Assembly (NCBI GenBank): GCA_036274115.1 | Contig: DASUGI010000113.1 | Coordinates: 14,211 to 78,210 of the forward strand | Origin: Verrucomicrobiia bacterium | GTDB lineage: Bacteria > Verrucomicrobiota > Verrucomicrobiia > Limisphaerales > JADLHS01 | DNA: 64,000 nt | Direction: 5' to 3' | Shown here: piece by piece, positions 36,863 to 47,596 of the stretch | How positions within the stretch are numbered: the first letter of the stretch is position 1 | How the letters are laid out: the number at the start of each line of letters is the position of its first letter | Notes under the pieces: model-generated | The model's database searches: none | The model's input: only the letters and a program-made list of their open reading frames with translations | Told to the model about the DNA's origin: nothing | Made by a program: the position numbers and the translations under genes

Positions 36863-39715
36863 TTACTTGAGCTGCCTGCGCAGGAGATCCTGCAACGGGT
36901 TGGTTTTGGGCGGAGCATTAGTGGCCACATTATTTGTCGAGCCCGCTTCAGGGGCGGCGTTCGTAGTGGGTTTGTTGCCCAATAAGTTACCGATGGCGCG
37001 AGCCGCGTCACCAAGCTTGCCGGCTTTCTCGGTGTCCAGGTTATTAAGCAAGGTTGAAACCGCCGTGCCTGCGAGTGCTTTGCCTTCGATCTTTCGATCA
37101 GGCTTCTCCAACGTGCCTATTAATGAGATGAACCTGGGCAGAGCGACATAGTCGTTGGTGTCTGTGTTGGAAAGCTTGATCTTCCTCGCGTATTCGGCGG
37201 CAAGGGCGATGTCGACGGGCAGACTTAAGCGAGAATTCTGAAGGTCATCGGCGATCTGAATCGATCCCGCGGAGTTCAAACGAAGGGCGGGACTCTGGGC
37301 GACAAACTGGGCAACGTCGATCTTACCGTCGCCAGCGCGGAGGTTGCTGTTGACGTATTCTAAAGGTGATCGGAGCAGTTCAGGAGTTTGCAGTGTCAAA
37401 GCCACGCCCGCGACGACCGTCTGCAGCATTGGGCCAACGATTTGGATGTTTGCGTTGGTGAAACTGAAATCGATCGCGCCGTTGAGATTAGTGCGAAGAT
37501 TGCGCCCCGTTACGCCCGCCCCTTGTATGTCGACTTTGGCGATGAGTGTGCCTTGCGCCCGCCCTTGATACCTGGGTGAAAACGTATTTGCCAATGGCGC
37601 GACCGGCACGCCGTCCGCGTTGAAGGCGACGTTGTATTTATAGCCGGGCACACTGAGATCCAGGTCAGCCGTGGCCGAAACCGGCGCATTGTTCAACGTG
37701 AGCTGGAAGGGCTTGAGGAGAACATGGCTGCCATCCAACAGCAGGCTGGCTTGAACATTGGCGGCATCGATCTCGCGCAAGTAGAGGCGGCCAATCGTGG
37801 CGTCCACTGTGAAATTGCTGAGGGGTAACTTCACGGGCGCGGGCTCTTGCTGCGGACCGGGCGCGGGAGTTTTCGCGGGAGGAATGTTGGTTGCCGTGGT
37901 CGTGCTCTCAGGTTTGTTGGCGAACAAATCGTAATAGCTGGTAACGTCCAACGATTCGGCGGCGAGTTTTAAATTGCCCGTGATGGCGTCGGCTTCGTTG
38001 AGGTCGACAACCCCGGTCAGATTCGCTTCGTTTTTGGCGCGAGGAGTCGGAGTCAATTTGAGACTGCACTGCTGCAGGTTGGCGACCTTGTTGGAAACGG
38101 AGGCATCCACGCCCATTGCCAGTTCCAACGGAGCGCCGGTAACGCCTGCCAATTTGATGCCATTCAAAGCGAGCTTGCTGTTGATGGAGTCACCTTGGCC
38201 GCTGTGATTGATGACTCCGTTGAAGGAAATCTCGTCGATGGCCGTCGGGCCGTTGCCCAGTTTGGCGGAAAAGTTCTTGATGCTCTTGTCGATCTCGATA
38301 CTCAACCGTTTGCCGCCGTCCTTGGAAAAGAGCTTTCCTTTGGCGTTGGCGACTCCGGCCAGATCCAGTCCCGGAGCGAAGGCGCGCCAGTCAGCGAGGT
38401 TGAGATTAATGAGGGCAAAATCGAGTGAGGCATCAGCGGCATTGACGGTATCTCCGAAAGCCAGAGTCAGTGGATTGCTCAAGGTTGCACTCATCAAAGG
38501 CTGCTGATTCTGCGTGCCGTTCAAGTTGACTGCTTTGAGCAGGAGCGATTTTGCGGCGCTGTCGAACGTGACGTCATAAGTGCAGTTGAGGTCAACCATG
38601 GGGGACGTGACATTTCGTTGGATCGTCTGGAGGCGCGCGATGTCCAGTCGCCCCGCGAGCGAAATCATCCGACCCGTTTGAGCGATGGTAATGTCGGTGG
38701 TGTCGTTGATGGTGGTGGTGCCAAAATCGATCCCCTTGGCCGCGCCAAAAAGGTTGAGGACCTGCCGGTCAAACGAGGTGACCTCCAGCTTGAGCTTGCC
38801 TTCAATCTTTGCGGCGTCAAACGGGCCGGTTAAGCGCACGCGCCCCAGTGAGGCGGTGCCTTTGTTGAATTGCAGCGCCAGTTGCTTGACCTCGCTGGGG
38901 GTCATATCGCAATCCAGTTTGCCGATCAACCCGCCGAGTTCCGCAAATTCACCGGTCGCCTTGCCCACCGAGAATGAAGCGGTTCCTTTTAGCGACGCGG
39001 GTTGCAGGTTGTCTTGTAAGGCAAAACTCAAATCGCTGTTCAGCAGGCACGGAAGTTTGGCGACTGAAGGCGTGCCCACCGCTTGCTCCATCGCCAGCGC
39101 CGTCGAAAAGGTGAGCGTGCCAGTGCCGCCGTTCCTGACGTTCTTGATCGAGAGATTGGCGTTGGCGAGTTCAGTCAGCGTCTTTCCACCCTCCTTTGAG
39201 ATTTTGGTGTGCCTGAGAGTCGCGTTGCGCAACGTGAGTGATTTCAATGTCACTTGCGGCGGTTTGCCTCCAGACTTTGCAGGCGGTTTGGGTTGAGTCG
39301 ATTTCGGAACGAGCCCATCGGTGTTCTTACCCCCTTGAGCATCTTCGACGATGTTGATCGTGGGTGAATCCAGCAGGACATCTTCGACGACGATATTTCC
39401 GCGTACCAACGCGAGCAGGTTGTAACGAGCGTGCACCTGCCTGGCATCAAACAATGTTTCCGCCCCGTCGGGTGTGAGCTTAACCTGATTCAAGGTGAGC
39501 TGAGTGAATGGACTGAACTCCGCCTTGCCAACGGTGAGGGTGGAATGGAGCGCCTTGCCGACGCGCGGCACGACCACGCGCTCCACGAACCAACCGCTGC
39601 TCACCACGAAGTATGCAATGAGCAACAGGAAAATGAGGAAGAGCAAAGCCCGGAAAAGCTTCGCGGCAAGACTCCTTTTTGACGTCTCTACTTGTTTCAG
39701 TCTTATCTGTGACAT
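36863..39715 (-). CDS. AsmA-like (bridge-like lipid transfer) protein
   Basis: N-terminal TM anchor, long beta-rich body, IGTLEKP near C-terminus, amphipathic tail. Confidence 0.8.
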   Translation of the reverse strand: MSQIRLKQVETSKRSLAAKLFRALLFLIFLLLIAYFVVSSGWFVERVVVPRVGKALHSTLTVGKAEFSPFTQLTLNQVKLTPDGAETLFDARQVHARYNLLALVRGNIVVEDVLLDSPTINIVEDAQGGKNTDGLVPKSTQPKPPAKSGGKPPQVTLKSLTLRNATLRHTKISKEGGKTLTELANANLSIKNVRNGGTGTLTFSTALAMEQAVGTPSVAKLPCLLNSDLSFALQDNLQPASLKGTASFSVGKATGEFAELGGLIGKLDCDMTPSEVKQLALQFNKGTASLGRVRLTGPFDAAKIEGKLKLEVTSFDRQVLNLFGAAKGIDFGTTTINDTTDITIAQTGRMISLAGRLDIARLQTIQRNVTSPMVDLNCTYDVTFDSAAKSLLLKAVNLNGTQNQQPLMSATLSNPLTLAFGDTVNAADASLDFALINLNLADWRAFAPGLDLAGVANAKGKLFSKDGGKRLSIEIDKSIKNFSAKLGNGPTAIDEISFNGVINHSGQGDSINSKLALNGIKLAGVTGAPLELAMGVDASVSNKVANLQQCSLKLTPTPRAKNEANLTGVVDLNEADAITGNLKLAAESLDVTSYYDLFANKPESTTTATNIPPAKTPAPGPQQEPAPVKLPLSNFTVDATIGRLYLREIDAANVQASLLLDGSHVLLKPFQLTLNNAPVSATADLDLSVPGYKYNVAFNADGVPVAPLANTFSPRYQGRAQGTLIAKVDIQGAGVTGRNLRTNLNGAIDFSFTNANIQIVGPMLQTVVAGVALTLQTPELLRSPLEYVNSNLRAGDGKIDVAQFVAQSPALRLNSAGSIQIADDLQNSRLSLPVDIALAAEYARKIKLSNTDTNDYVALPRFISLIGTLEKPDRKIEGKALAGTAVSTLLNNLDTEKAGKLGDAARAIGNLLGNKPTTNAAPEAGSTNNVATNAPPKTNPLQDLLRRQLK

Positions 39716-39879
39716 AGCAACTGCGTGTTGGCGATTGCACGGAGGCGGAACGAAGCTGTGACTGCCGCCAACCGAAGACTACAACGAACTCCCATCTCTT
39801 CAACCCGGAAAAAGCTCGTCGCGGTCCGGTTCAGTGTCCAAAATTCGACGCCGTTCCAAAGCTTGGACATATTTGAGCC

Positions 39880-40605
39880 GTGAAAGTCTCGATCATCGTG
39901 CCCGCTTTCAACGAAGAGCGATTGCTTGGCCAAACTCTGGCCCAAATCAATCTGGCGCGAAAATCCTTCTCGAATCCGGGATGGGAATCGCAGTTGATCG
40001 TGTGCGACAACAACTCGACCGATCGGACGTCGGAGATCGCGAAGGAAAATGGCGCCATTGTGGTGTTTGAACCGGTCAACCAGATCGGTCGGGCGAGAAA
40101 TCGGGGCGCTTCCATGGCCACCGGCGACTGGCTGCTCTTCATTGATGCCGATTCACAACCGACGGCTGAATTGTTCGCCGATGTGGCGGCAGCGATCGTC
40201 ACCGGAAAGTATCTGGCAGGTGGCAGCACGTTGCGGCTGGCTGGGAATCATCACATTGCGAAAGTCATTACCGGATTATGGAACTGGGCGAGTCGCCTTC
40301 GCGGGCTCCTGGCGGGTTCTTTTATCTTTTGCGAAGCAGCGGCATTTCGGAAGATCGGCGGATTCAGTTCCGAGTTTTTTACCGGGGAAGAGCTGGATTT
40401 GGGTAAACGCCTCGCCGCGTTGGCGAGAGAGACCGGTCGCAAGATCATCATCCTCCATCGCCACCCGATGCTCACGTCCGATCGTAAGGTGCATCTTTAC
40501 TCGACATGGGAAAATCTGAGTTTCATGTTGAAAGCGGGATTGCAGCCGGGTCGAGTAATGCGTGACAAGTCCGCTTGTTATGCGTGGTACGACGGGCGGC
40601 GCTGA
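39880..40605 (+). CDS. Glycosyltransferase family 2
   Basis: SIIVPAFNEE, DNNSTD, ARNRGA, FIDADS. Confidence 0.92.
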   Translation: MKVSIIVPAFNEERLLGQTLAQINLARKSFSNPGWESQLIVCDNNSTDRTSEIAKENGAIVVFEPVNQIGRARNRGASMATGDWLLFIDADSQPTAELFADVAAAIVTGKYLAGGSTLRLAGNHHIAKVITGLWNWASRLRGLLAGSFIFCEAAAFRKIGGFSSEFFTGEELDLGKRLAALARETGRKIIILHRHPMLTSDRKVHLYSTWENLSFMLKAGLQPGRVMRDKSACYAWYDGRR

Positions 40606-40637
40606 ACCGACGCGGTGATTGCGCGTCCAAACTATCA

Positions 40638-41591
40638 ATGCACTTCACAGCCAAAATGGTTTGCATGCTGGCGGCAGCGCTGCTGACGATTTCTGCCGCT
40701 CGGGGACAAGAGGCGTTTGAACTGAATATCGGCGAACTGGGCGAGGTGGCCCAGGCAGCTCAGGAGTGGGCCAGCGAAAACCTGGATGAAGAGGTCTTGA
40801 AATCGTTGCCCGAAGTCGATCGTGACCAGGTTGAAAAATTTCTTAAACAATTCCAGGACCAGCTTAAGGGGCAATATGTTCTGGACCTTGCCGCATTGAA
40901 GGACGCGGCTAAAGCAATCCTTCCCGTGCTGGCTGCTCATGACGAAACGCAGCCTTACGCCGCATGGTTGCGTTCGCGTCTGGACTATTTCGATGTCGCG
41001 GAGCAACTGCGCCGGGACCAGCCTGCGCCCAAAGCTGACGAACCGCCCCGGACGCAGCCAAATCCATCGCCTGTCCTGGAGCAGAAAGTCTGGAAACAAC
41101 AACTCAGCGAACGCGAGTGGCCCAAAGGCGCGGCGGAACTCGTGCCGAAACTCAAACCGCTGTTTGCGGCCGAGCGTGTGCCGGAGCAACTGGTCTGGAT
41201 CGCTGAAGTGGAATCAGGGTTTAATCCGGACGCACGCAGTCCCGTGGGAGCGGCTGGGCTGTTTCAGTTGATGCCTGAAACTGCGAAAGGACTGGGTTTG
41301 CGTCGTTGGCCTTTTGATCAGCGGTATCAGCCCGAACCCAGCGCCCAGGCGGCTGCGAAACACCTGAAGCGTTTATACTCGATGTTTGGTGACTGGCATC
41401 TGGCTCTGGCCGCTTACAACGCCGGCGAGGGACGGGTGCGCGGTCTGCTCGACCGCAATCAAGCGCGCAGCTTCGATTCGATTGCCACACAGCTTCCGGC
41501 GGAAACGCAGATGTACGTGCCGAAGGTGGAAGCAACGATTCTTCGACGTGAAGGAGTTGCACTCAGCAGTCTCGGCAAAAACCGAAAGTAG
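40638..41591 (+). CDS. Lytic transglycosylase (SLT/MltD-like)
   Basis: [43 protein letters not shown]. Confidence 0.92.
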   Translation: MHFTAKMVCMLAAALLTISAARGQEAFELNIGELGEVAQAAQEWASENLDEEVLKSLPEVDRDQVEKFLKQFQDQLKGQYVLDLAALKDAAKAILPVLAAHDETQPYAAWLRSRLDYFDVAEQLRRDQPAPKADEPPRTQPNPSPVLEQKVWKQQLSEREWPKGAAELVPKLKPLFAAERVPEQLVWIAEVESGFNPDARSPVGAAGLFQLMPETAKGLGLRRWPFDQRYQPEPSAQAAAKHLKRLYSMFGDWHLALAAYNAGEGRVRGLLDRNQARSFDSIATQLPAETQMYVPKVEATILRREGVALSSLGKNRK

Positions 41592-41651
41592 CCGCCACCG
41601 CGTCACAGGTTGTTCCCCCTCACATTTGTCGCGGTGCTTTTGCAAATCGCC

Positions 41652-41810
41652 GACGCCAAACTTCCGTGCCTCGTAACTTGCCGCACACACCACACCACGT
41701 TGTGTTGGAGGCGACCCGACGATGACGGGCTTCCCTTTCAACGCCGGATTGTCCCGCTGCTCCACGGACGCGTAAAACGCATCCATGTCGAGATGAAAGA
41801 TGACGTGAAA
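41652..41810 (-). pseudogene. dinB: N-terminal remnant (~52 codons) of DNA polymerase IV
   Basis: [47 protein letters not shown], then homology ends; no start codon at the expected position. Confidence 0.85.
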
Positions 41811-41841
41811 ACTTTGGTGGTAGCGGTTGTCGCGTCCGGCA

Positions 41842-42690
41842 CTATCGCGGCCCGACCTCCTTCGAAAGCTGCTCCAGTCTACTCCGTTCCGCATCAGAAA
41901 GACTCTGCAAGCCGTGCTTTCCAACTTTGTCGAGCAGCCGGTCCACTTCTGCGATTTTTTCGCTGCGACTGCGGTTCTCCGCATAGCGCCGTTCCCGTTC
42001 GCCGCCAAATCGAGCGTCGGGTTCCACAACGCGCGACTTCCAGAGTCCCAGCGGATCAAAAATCAAGGCCACCAGGATTGCGACCGAAAGGCCCATGACC
42101 AACGCAAACAACCACGGTTCCGCAAACATCAACCGCGGATACAGCGCCGTCGCCACCAGCAATCCGACAATCGCGCCGCCGAGATGCGCATCATGACCGA
42201 TGTTGCCAATCTGCTTGCGGTGCGAGACGAAAGATATAATCAGGAAAAGCGGCGCATAAATAGACGCCGGTATGCCAATCGGGATGAAGAACAGCATGAC
42301 GCTCGTGCCCGGCAGCAGAAAAATGGCTGCAAAAATCACCCCGCACACTCCACCGGACGCTCCCAGGGCGCGATAGTCGTGATGCCGATGAATGATTAAC
42401 GAAAGCAGCGAACCGCCCAGAATCGATGTCACGTAAATGAACAACAAACTGGCCCAGCCATAGATGATCTCGATGTTCTTGCCGAAGCTGTAAAAGCTGA
42501 ACGCGTTGAAAGCAAAGTGCCACCAGTCCGCGTGAATCAATCCCGACGTGAGCATCCGCTCATACTCCTTGTTCCGCAAAATCGCATATGGGTTGAAGAT
42601 CCAACGCTCTCGCAAATCGGGCCGACGAAACGCCACGAACGTGGCAATTCCGGTAACAACCAGGATCAAGACGGTTAGCGGTGCGGTCAT
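41842..42690 (-). CDS. Rhomboid intramembrane serine protease with C-terminal helical tail
   Basis: [20 protein letters not shown]; tail [22 protein letters not shown]. Confidence 0.9.
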   Translation of the reverse strand: MTAPLTVLILVVTGIATFVAFRRPDLRERWIFNPYAILRNKEYERMLTSGLIHADWWHFAFNAFSFYSFGKNIEIIYGWASLLFIYVTSILGGSLLSLIIHRHHDYRALGASGGVCGVIFAAIFLLPGTSVMLFFIPIGIPASIYAPLFLIISFVSHRKQIGNIGHDAHLGGAIVGLLVATALYPRLMFAEPWLFALVMGLSVAILVALIFDPLGLWKSRVVEPDARFGGERERRYAENRSRSEKIAEVDRLLDKVGKHGLQSLSDAERSRLEQLSKEVGPR

Positions 42691-42855
42691 TGAATTCTCA
42701 CTCGTTTAACTTCCGTAGGTTAGGAAATGACAGGAGTGGCGTCAAAACGAACGCCGTCGCTCTCGAATGAGGAGATGGCGGAGTATTGGACACCTTTGGA
42801 GAGGGATTTGTCGCAGCTTGCAATCGGGAAGGAGTCGTTCCAATCTTGGCACATT

Positions 42856-43587
42856 ATGAAAACCAGTTCTTCCACTTTTGCCCTGGCAGTTACCGTTGCG
42901 CTACTGGCCGGTTGCGGCCCGAAATCTTCGAACGATAGCTCCTCGACATCCCAACCCTCCGAGACCGCCTCCACTGGACAGCAGCTTCAAGAGGCGGCCT
43001 CCAAAGTGGTGGCCGAAGCAGCCCCCGCGGTCAAACAGCAGGCGCAAGAAACCTTCGCCAACCTGAGCCAGCAACTGATCGATTCCACCAAGGGCGGCAG
43101 CACGGACGCACTGCTCAAGAACATCAGCACGGACCTGCAGGGGCGCGTCAGCAAACTGGCCACTTCGCTTTCCGACAATGCCGCAGTGAAGGAACAGTTG
43201 AACTCAGCCGTGCAAGCGTTGCTCGGGAACAAGGACATTGATGCCATCGCCGGGCTGAACGCGCTTACCTCAGCCAAGTTGACCCCGGAGCAAACGACGA
43301 TGGTGAAGGATGTTTACAATGCCGGTGCCGCGCTGGTCACCCAGCGCAATTTCTCCTCCATCGAAGGCATGAATACCGATGTCGCCCGGCTGGCGACCTC
43401 TGTCTGGAAAGGCAACTACACCGAGGCGCTGACGCCATTGCAGAAGCTCTACAGTCAAGCCACCCTCACCGCGCCCCAGAAGGAACTCCTCAGCGCTACC
43501 TACGACAAATACATGCCCGCCGGGTGGAAAGATGCCGCCGGCACGGTTCAGAAGGGCCTGGATACTCTCAAGCAGTTCAGCAAGTAA
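42856..43587 (+). CDS. Hypothetical lipoprotein
   Basis: Lipobox LLAGC, S/T-rich linker, helical body, typical codon usage. Confidence 0.75.
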   Translation: MKTSSSTFALAVTVALLAGCGPKSSNDSSSTSQPSETASTGQQLQEAASKVVAEAAPAVKQQAQETFANLSQQLIDSTKGGSTDALLKNISTDLQGRVSKLATSLSDNAAVKEQLNSAVQALLGNKDIDAIAGLNALTSAKLTPEQTTMVKDVYNAGAALVTQRNFSSIEGMNTDVARLATSVWKGNYTEALTPLQKLYSQATLTAPQKELLSATYDKYMPAGWKDAAGTVQKGLDTLKQFSK

Positions 43588-43617
43588 ATCGTCCGGACAA
43601 CTCGTACCGTAGCAGTG

Positions 43618-43641
43618 CGGAGCGCCGATCTCCTGATCGGC
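43618..43641. repeat. REP family B singlet downstream of RAYT
   Basis: CGGAGCGCCGATCTCCTGATCGGC. Confidence 0.85.
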
Positions 43642-43647
43642 GCGCTT

Positions 43648-44415
43648 CTATCTCCGCTTCAAGTCGGTCGCTTTGCCTGTCGGCAGAATCAATCGCCGAT
43701 ATTCATCCCGAAACCTTGCGCCGTTGAATGGCCATTCCGCAGCCGCCCGGCAAAGCTTTGCCTTCACAGAATTGTTCTCGATGTAACGAATCGCTTTCTT
43801 CTCCTGTTCCTCGTTGCGCATGAACGTATCCCAATACTCGCGCTGCCAAAACGATTGGAGCGCCGATCTCCCGATCGGCTCGTTGCCAGCAGCGTCGAGC
43901 CGATCCGGAGATCAGCGCTCCGCCCGCAGTTGCGCCAACGCTTTAGGGGCAACAAATTTCTTCCATGCCACCACCATTTTCCAAAGCGGCATCTCCCACA
44001 CATGCACCAGCACATGCACGTGATTGGGCATCACACACCACGCCAGCAGTTCGTAACGCTCGTTGTGAAAGAATAGCAATGCTTCCTCGCAAAGCATGGC
44101 GATGTCTGGCCGTCGCAACCAACACTCGCCGACACCGCGATCCAGATACGCTTCCAGTTTCGTTCGCTTCTCTCGCACGTCTTCGATGGCAAGCAGATGT
44201 TCCCATTCACTGCGCCGCGAGCTGGGCATCGAATCCTCCAGCCGGAAGGTAACGAACTGCACGAGGCCGGGGAAATCACAATGCGGCAGATAACCGCGCT
44301 CGTGCCAGCCCAGGAAACCGAGCCGACGTTCGGCGTCGGTGAGTTTGCGACCGGACCAGTGATTTTTGTCGGCCACGAGTTCGCGAAGGTATTCTCGTTT
44401 GGGCTTCGCGTGCAT
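43648..44415 (-). mobile_element. REP-associated tyrosine transposase (RAYT, HUH/Y1) interrupted by in-frame TGA at 43912-43914
   Basis: RGYLPH, FVTFRL, HUH motif MPNHVH; same frame continues after the TGA with FWQREYWD..RYIENNSVKA..EWPF to TAG at 43648-43650; flanked by REPs. Confidence 0.9.
43857..43921. repeat. REP family B doublet inside the RAYT coding sequence
   Basis: 26-bp inverted arms (24/26 match) 43857-43882 and 43896-43921. Confidence 0.9.
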
Positions 44416-44419
44416 AATT

Positions 44420-44495
44420 CGGAGCGCCGATCTCCCGATCGGCTCGTCTCAAAATTCAAATGCCCCAACTTGCCGATCAGGAGATCGGCGCTCCG
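44420..44495. repeat. REP family B doublet between RAYT start and acnA stop
   Basis: CGGAGCGCCGATCTCCCGATCGGC...GCCGATCAGGAGATCGGCGCTCCG. Confidence 0.9.
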
Positions 44496-44497
44496 CT

Positions 44498-47368
44498 TTA
44501 CGCCTTCGCGATCAACTGCCGCAGCACATACGGCAGAATTCCCCCATGCTGGTAGTAATCAATCTCAATGGGAGTATCGATGCGGCAACGGACGCTGACC
44601 TCTTCCACACTGCCGTCTTTGCGGGTGATCTTGAGCGTTAAATCCTGTTGCGGTTTCAGATTTTCATCGAGGCCGACGACGTCGTAAGTCTCCGAGCCGT
44701 CGAGCTTCAGGGTTTGCGCGGTCGTGCCTTCCTTGAATTGCAACGGCAGCACCCCCATGCCGACGAGGTTGCTGCGATGGATGCGCTCGAAACTTTGCGC
44801 AACGACGACCTTCACGCCCAACAGGTTCGTGCCTTTCGCGGCCCAGTCACGCGATGAACCCGTGCCGTATTCCTGTCCAGCGATGACGATGAGCGGAATG
44901 CCCGCCTGCTGATATTTGATGGAAGCGTCGTAGATGCTCAGTTTTTCGGGACTGGCCGAACTGGAGTTCGGCGCTCCGAAGTAAAGCGTGTTGCCGCCTT
45001 CCTCGCCGCCAAGCATCAGATTCTTGATGCGAACGTTGGCAAACGTGCCGCGCGTCATGACGCGGTCATTACCGCGACGCGAGCCGTAGCTGTTGAAGTC
45101 GGCGGGCAGAACGCCATTCTCCAGAAGGAATTTCCCGGCCGGCGAACTTTTCTTGATTGAACCAGCGGGTGAGATGTGATCGGTCGTGACGCTGTCGCCA
45201 AAAATGCCGAGTGCCCGCGCGCCGGTGATCGGTTTGATGCCCCGCGGTTCGAGCGAAAAATTCTCGAAGAACGGCGGTTCCTGAATGTAGGTGGAATTGC
45301 GATCCCACTCATACACGTTACCCGTGCTGGCGGGGATTTCGTTCCACTTCGGATTCTGCGCGGCAAAATCCTTGTAGAGCTTGCGGAAGACTTCGGGCTT
45401 GAGCGCGGATTCCATTGCGTCGCGAATTTCCTGCAAGGTCGGCCAGATGTCGGCGAGGTAAACCGGCTTGCCATCCTGGTCGTTGCCGATGGGTTCGCAA
45501 CTCATGTCAATGTCCACGCGGCCCGCGAGCGCAAACGCGACGACGAGCGGCGGCGACATCAGAAAGTTCGCTTTGATGTTCTGATGCACGCGCGCTTCAA
45601 AGTTGCGGTTACCCGACAACACCGCAGCAGCCACGAGATCATTGTGCACTACGGCTTCTTCAATGGCCGGATGCAGCGGACCGGAATTACCGATGCACGT
45701 AGTGCACCCGTAGCCGACGAGATTAAACCGCAGCTTGTTGAGATACTTTTGCAGGTTCGTCTTCTTGAGGTAATCGCTGACGACGCGCGATCCCGGAGCG
45801 AGCGACGCCTTCACCGTCGGGGCCACCTTGAGTCCGCGTTCGACCGCCTTCTTCGCCAGCAAACCCGCCGCGAGCATGACGCTGGGGTTCGAGGTGTTGG
45901 TGCAACTGGTGATGGCCGCGATGAGCACTGAGCCGTTGCGGACCTTGCCTTTGATCGCGGGCGCATGGGCCGAAATTGGATCAGGCGTAGGACGGTTTTG
46001 AGCCATTTCGCGCTCGGTAGTCGGATTCGTGCCGGCGGCAACGGCTTGTGCAAGCGAAACGGGATCCTGATTGCCCCCGCCCGGTTGATAATCTCCATCC
46101 GAAGTCACCGCGATGGTCGTGGCAAAGGCGCTACGTTGCTTGCCGAAACCATTTTCAGTAACCGGCCGTTGGAACGCGCTGAAGAATTCGCGGCGCAGGT
46201 TCGGGAGTTCGATTCGATCCTGTGGACGCTTCGGACCCGCGACGCTGGGTTTGACCGTGCCGAGATCGAGCTCGACCACTTGCGAGTAGTCGACGTCGCC
46301 AAGATTCGGAATGCCCCACAGGCCCTGGGCGCGATAGTAATTCTCGTAGAGCTTGCAGTCGCCGTTGGTGCGTCCCGTAGCGCGGAGATAATTCACGCAC
46401 TCTACATCGATCGGGAAAAGGCCCATCGTCGCACCGTATTCCGGCGCCATGTTGGCAATGGTCGCGCGATCCACGACCGGCAACGCGACGGCGCCCGGAC
46501 CAAAGAACTCAACAAACTTGCCCACGACTTTCGTCTTGCGCATGAGCTGCGTAACCGTGAGCGCGAGGTCAGTCGCAGTCACACCTTCCTCGAGCGCGCC
46601 GGTGAGATGCACGCCAACAACGTCCGGCGTGAGGAAGTAAACCGGTTGCCCGAGCATGCCCGCTTCCGCTTCGATGCCGCCAACACCCCAGCCGACGATG
46701 CCGAGGCCGTTGATCATCGTGGTGTGGGAATCCGTGCCGACGAGCGTGTCGGGATAGTAAACGCCATTCGCACTGAGGACGCCTTTGGCGAGGTATTCGA
46801 GATTCACCTGGTGCACGATGCCGATGCCCGGCGGGACGACCTTGAACGTGTCAAACGCCTGCATGCCCCACTTGAGGAATTGGTAGCGCTCACGGTTCCG
46901 CGTGAACTCCAGATCCAGATTGCGCTCCATCGAGTCGCTGCCGCCCGAGAAATCCACCTGCACTGAGTGATCGACCACGAGGTCCACCGGCACGAGCGGC
47001 TCAATGATCTTGGGATTCTTGCCGAGTCGGGCGACAGCGCTGCGCATGGCGGCGAGGTCCACCAACAGAGGCACGCCGGTGAAGTCCTGCAACACGATGC
47101 GCGCCACGACGAACGGGATTTCTTCCGTGCGCGCTTCAGTCGGTTTCCAATTAGCGAGCGCACGCACGGCAGCTTCACTCACGCGTTTGCCATCGCAGTT
47201 GCGCAGGACGGATTCCAGCACGAGGCGGATGGAGACGGGGAGTTTGGAGATGGGGCCGACGCCGGCCTTCTCCAGCGCGGGCAGCGAGTAAAAGCCGCCT
47301 TCCTTGCCATTGCCGAGGTCAAAGTTTCTGAGAGTCTGCGAATCAAACGGGTTCTGTGCGTTGCTCAT
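44498..47368 (-). CDS. acnA: Aconitate hydratase A
   Basis: [68 protein letters not shown]. Confidence 0.97.
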   Translation of the reverse strand: MSNAQNPFDSQTLRNFDLGNGKEGGFYSLPALEKAGVGPISKLPVSIRLVLESVLRNCDGKRVSEAAVRALANWKPTEARTEEIPFVVARIVLQDFTGVPLLVDLAAMRSAVARLGKNPKIIEPLVPVDLVVDHSVQVDFSGGSDSMERNLDLEFTRNRERYQFLKWGMQAFDTFKVVPPGIGIVHQVNLEYLAKGVLSANGVYYPDTLVGTDSHTTMINGLGIVGWGVGGIEAEAGMLGQPVYFLTPDVVGVHLTGALEEGVTATDLALTVTQLMRKTKVVGKFVEFFGPGAVALPVVDRATIANMAPEYGATMGLFPIDVECVNYLRATGRTNGDCKLYENYYRAQGLWGIPNLGDVDYSQVVELDLGTVKPSVAGPKRPQDRIELPNLRREFFSAFQRPVTENGFGKQRSAFATTIAVTSDGDYQPGGGNQDPVSLAQAVAAGTNPTTEREMAQNRPTPDPISAHAPAIKGKVRNGSVLIAAITSCTNTSNPSVMLAAGLLAKKAVERGLKVAPTVKASLAPGSRVVSDYLKKTNLQKYLNKLRFNLVGYGCTTCIGNSGPLHPAIEEAVVHNDLVAAAVLSGNRNFEARVHQNIKANFLMSPPLVVAFALAGRVDIDMSCEPIGNDQDGKPVYLADIWPTLQEIRDAMESALKPEVFRKLYKDFAAQNPKWNEIPASTGNVYEWDRNSTYIQEPPFFENFSLEPRGIKPITGARALGIFGDSVTTDHISPAGSIKKSSPAGKFLLENGVLPADFNSYGSRRGNDRVMTRGTFANVRIKNLMLGGEEGGNTLYFGAPNSSSASPEKLSIYDASIKYQQAGIPLIVIAGQEYGTGSSRDWAAKGTNLLGVKVVVAQSFERIHRSNLVGMGVLPLQFKEGTTAQTLKLDGSETYDVVGLDENLKPQQDLTLKITRKDGSVEEVSVRCRIDTPIEIDYYQHGGILPYVLRQLIAKA
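44955..44978. repeat. REP family B-like singlet inside acnA, in frame
   Basis: Minus strand CGGAGCGCCGAACTCCAGTTCGGC versus consensus CGGAGCGCCGATCTCCNGATCGGC, with a compensatory stem change. Confidence 0.7.
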
Positions 47369-47450
47369 AAAATCCAAAGGCCGCGTTTGCGGCCAAATCA
47401 GCCAAAACTGTGAAGATTACAGGAGCGCCCGTCAAGAACTGGTAGTGCTG

Positions 47451-47551
47451 CAAAGCGGTGCTGAAGCCACCGCAGTCCAGACGCTTCGCGAACCAGCAGC
47501 CTGGTGGTTTGCGCGAAGCGTCTGGACTGCGGCGCGTTTACCGCCGCTTTG
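47451..47551. repeat. Palindromic intergenic element, family C
   Basis: 21-bp perfect inverted repeat CCGCAGTCCAGACGCTTCGCG (47470-47490 / 47512-47532) within CAAAGCGG..CCGCTTTG termini. Confidence 0.8.
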
Positions 47552-47596
47552 GCAATGAGCTGCTAAATCACCAAAGTTCAACCCTGCTGAAGAACT

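Noticed and set aside
41373..42059. 228-aa ORF as a full DinB
   Set aside because: Only ~52 central codons match DinB; the flanks overlap the rhomboid and SLT genes
43912..43914. Selenocysteine or programmed readthrough of the RAYT TGA followed by a hairpin
   Set aside because: The TGA lies within the REP stem, replaces an Arg codon found in all sister REPs, and is not at a Cys-equivalent catalytic site; simple C>T mutation is more parsimonious
43618..44495. Possible CRISPR array from recurring 24-bp repeats
   Set aside because: Repeats are in inverted pairs with irregular spacing around a RAYT; no cas genes
45960..46110. Low-complexity insertion in AcnA ([20 protein letters not shown]) as another REP insertion
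   Set aside because: No DNA palindrome or match to local repeat families; this linker region is variable in AcnA
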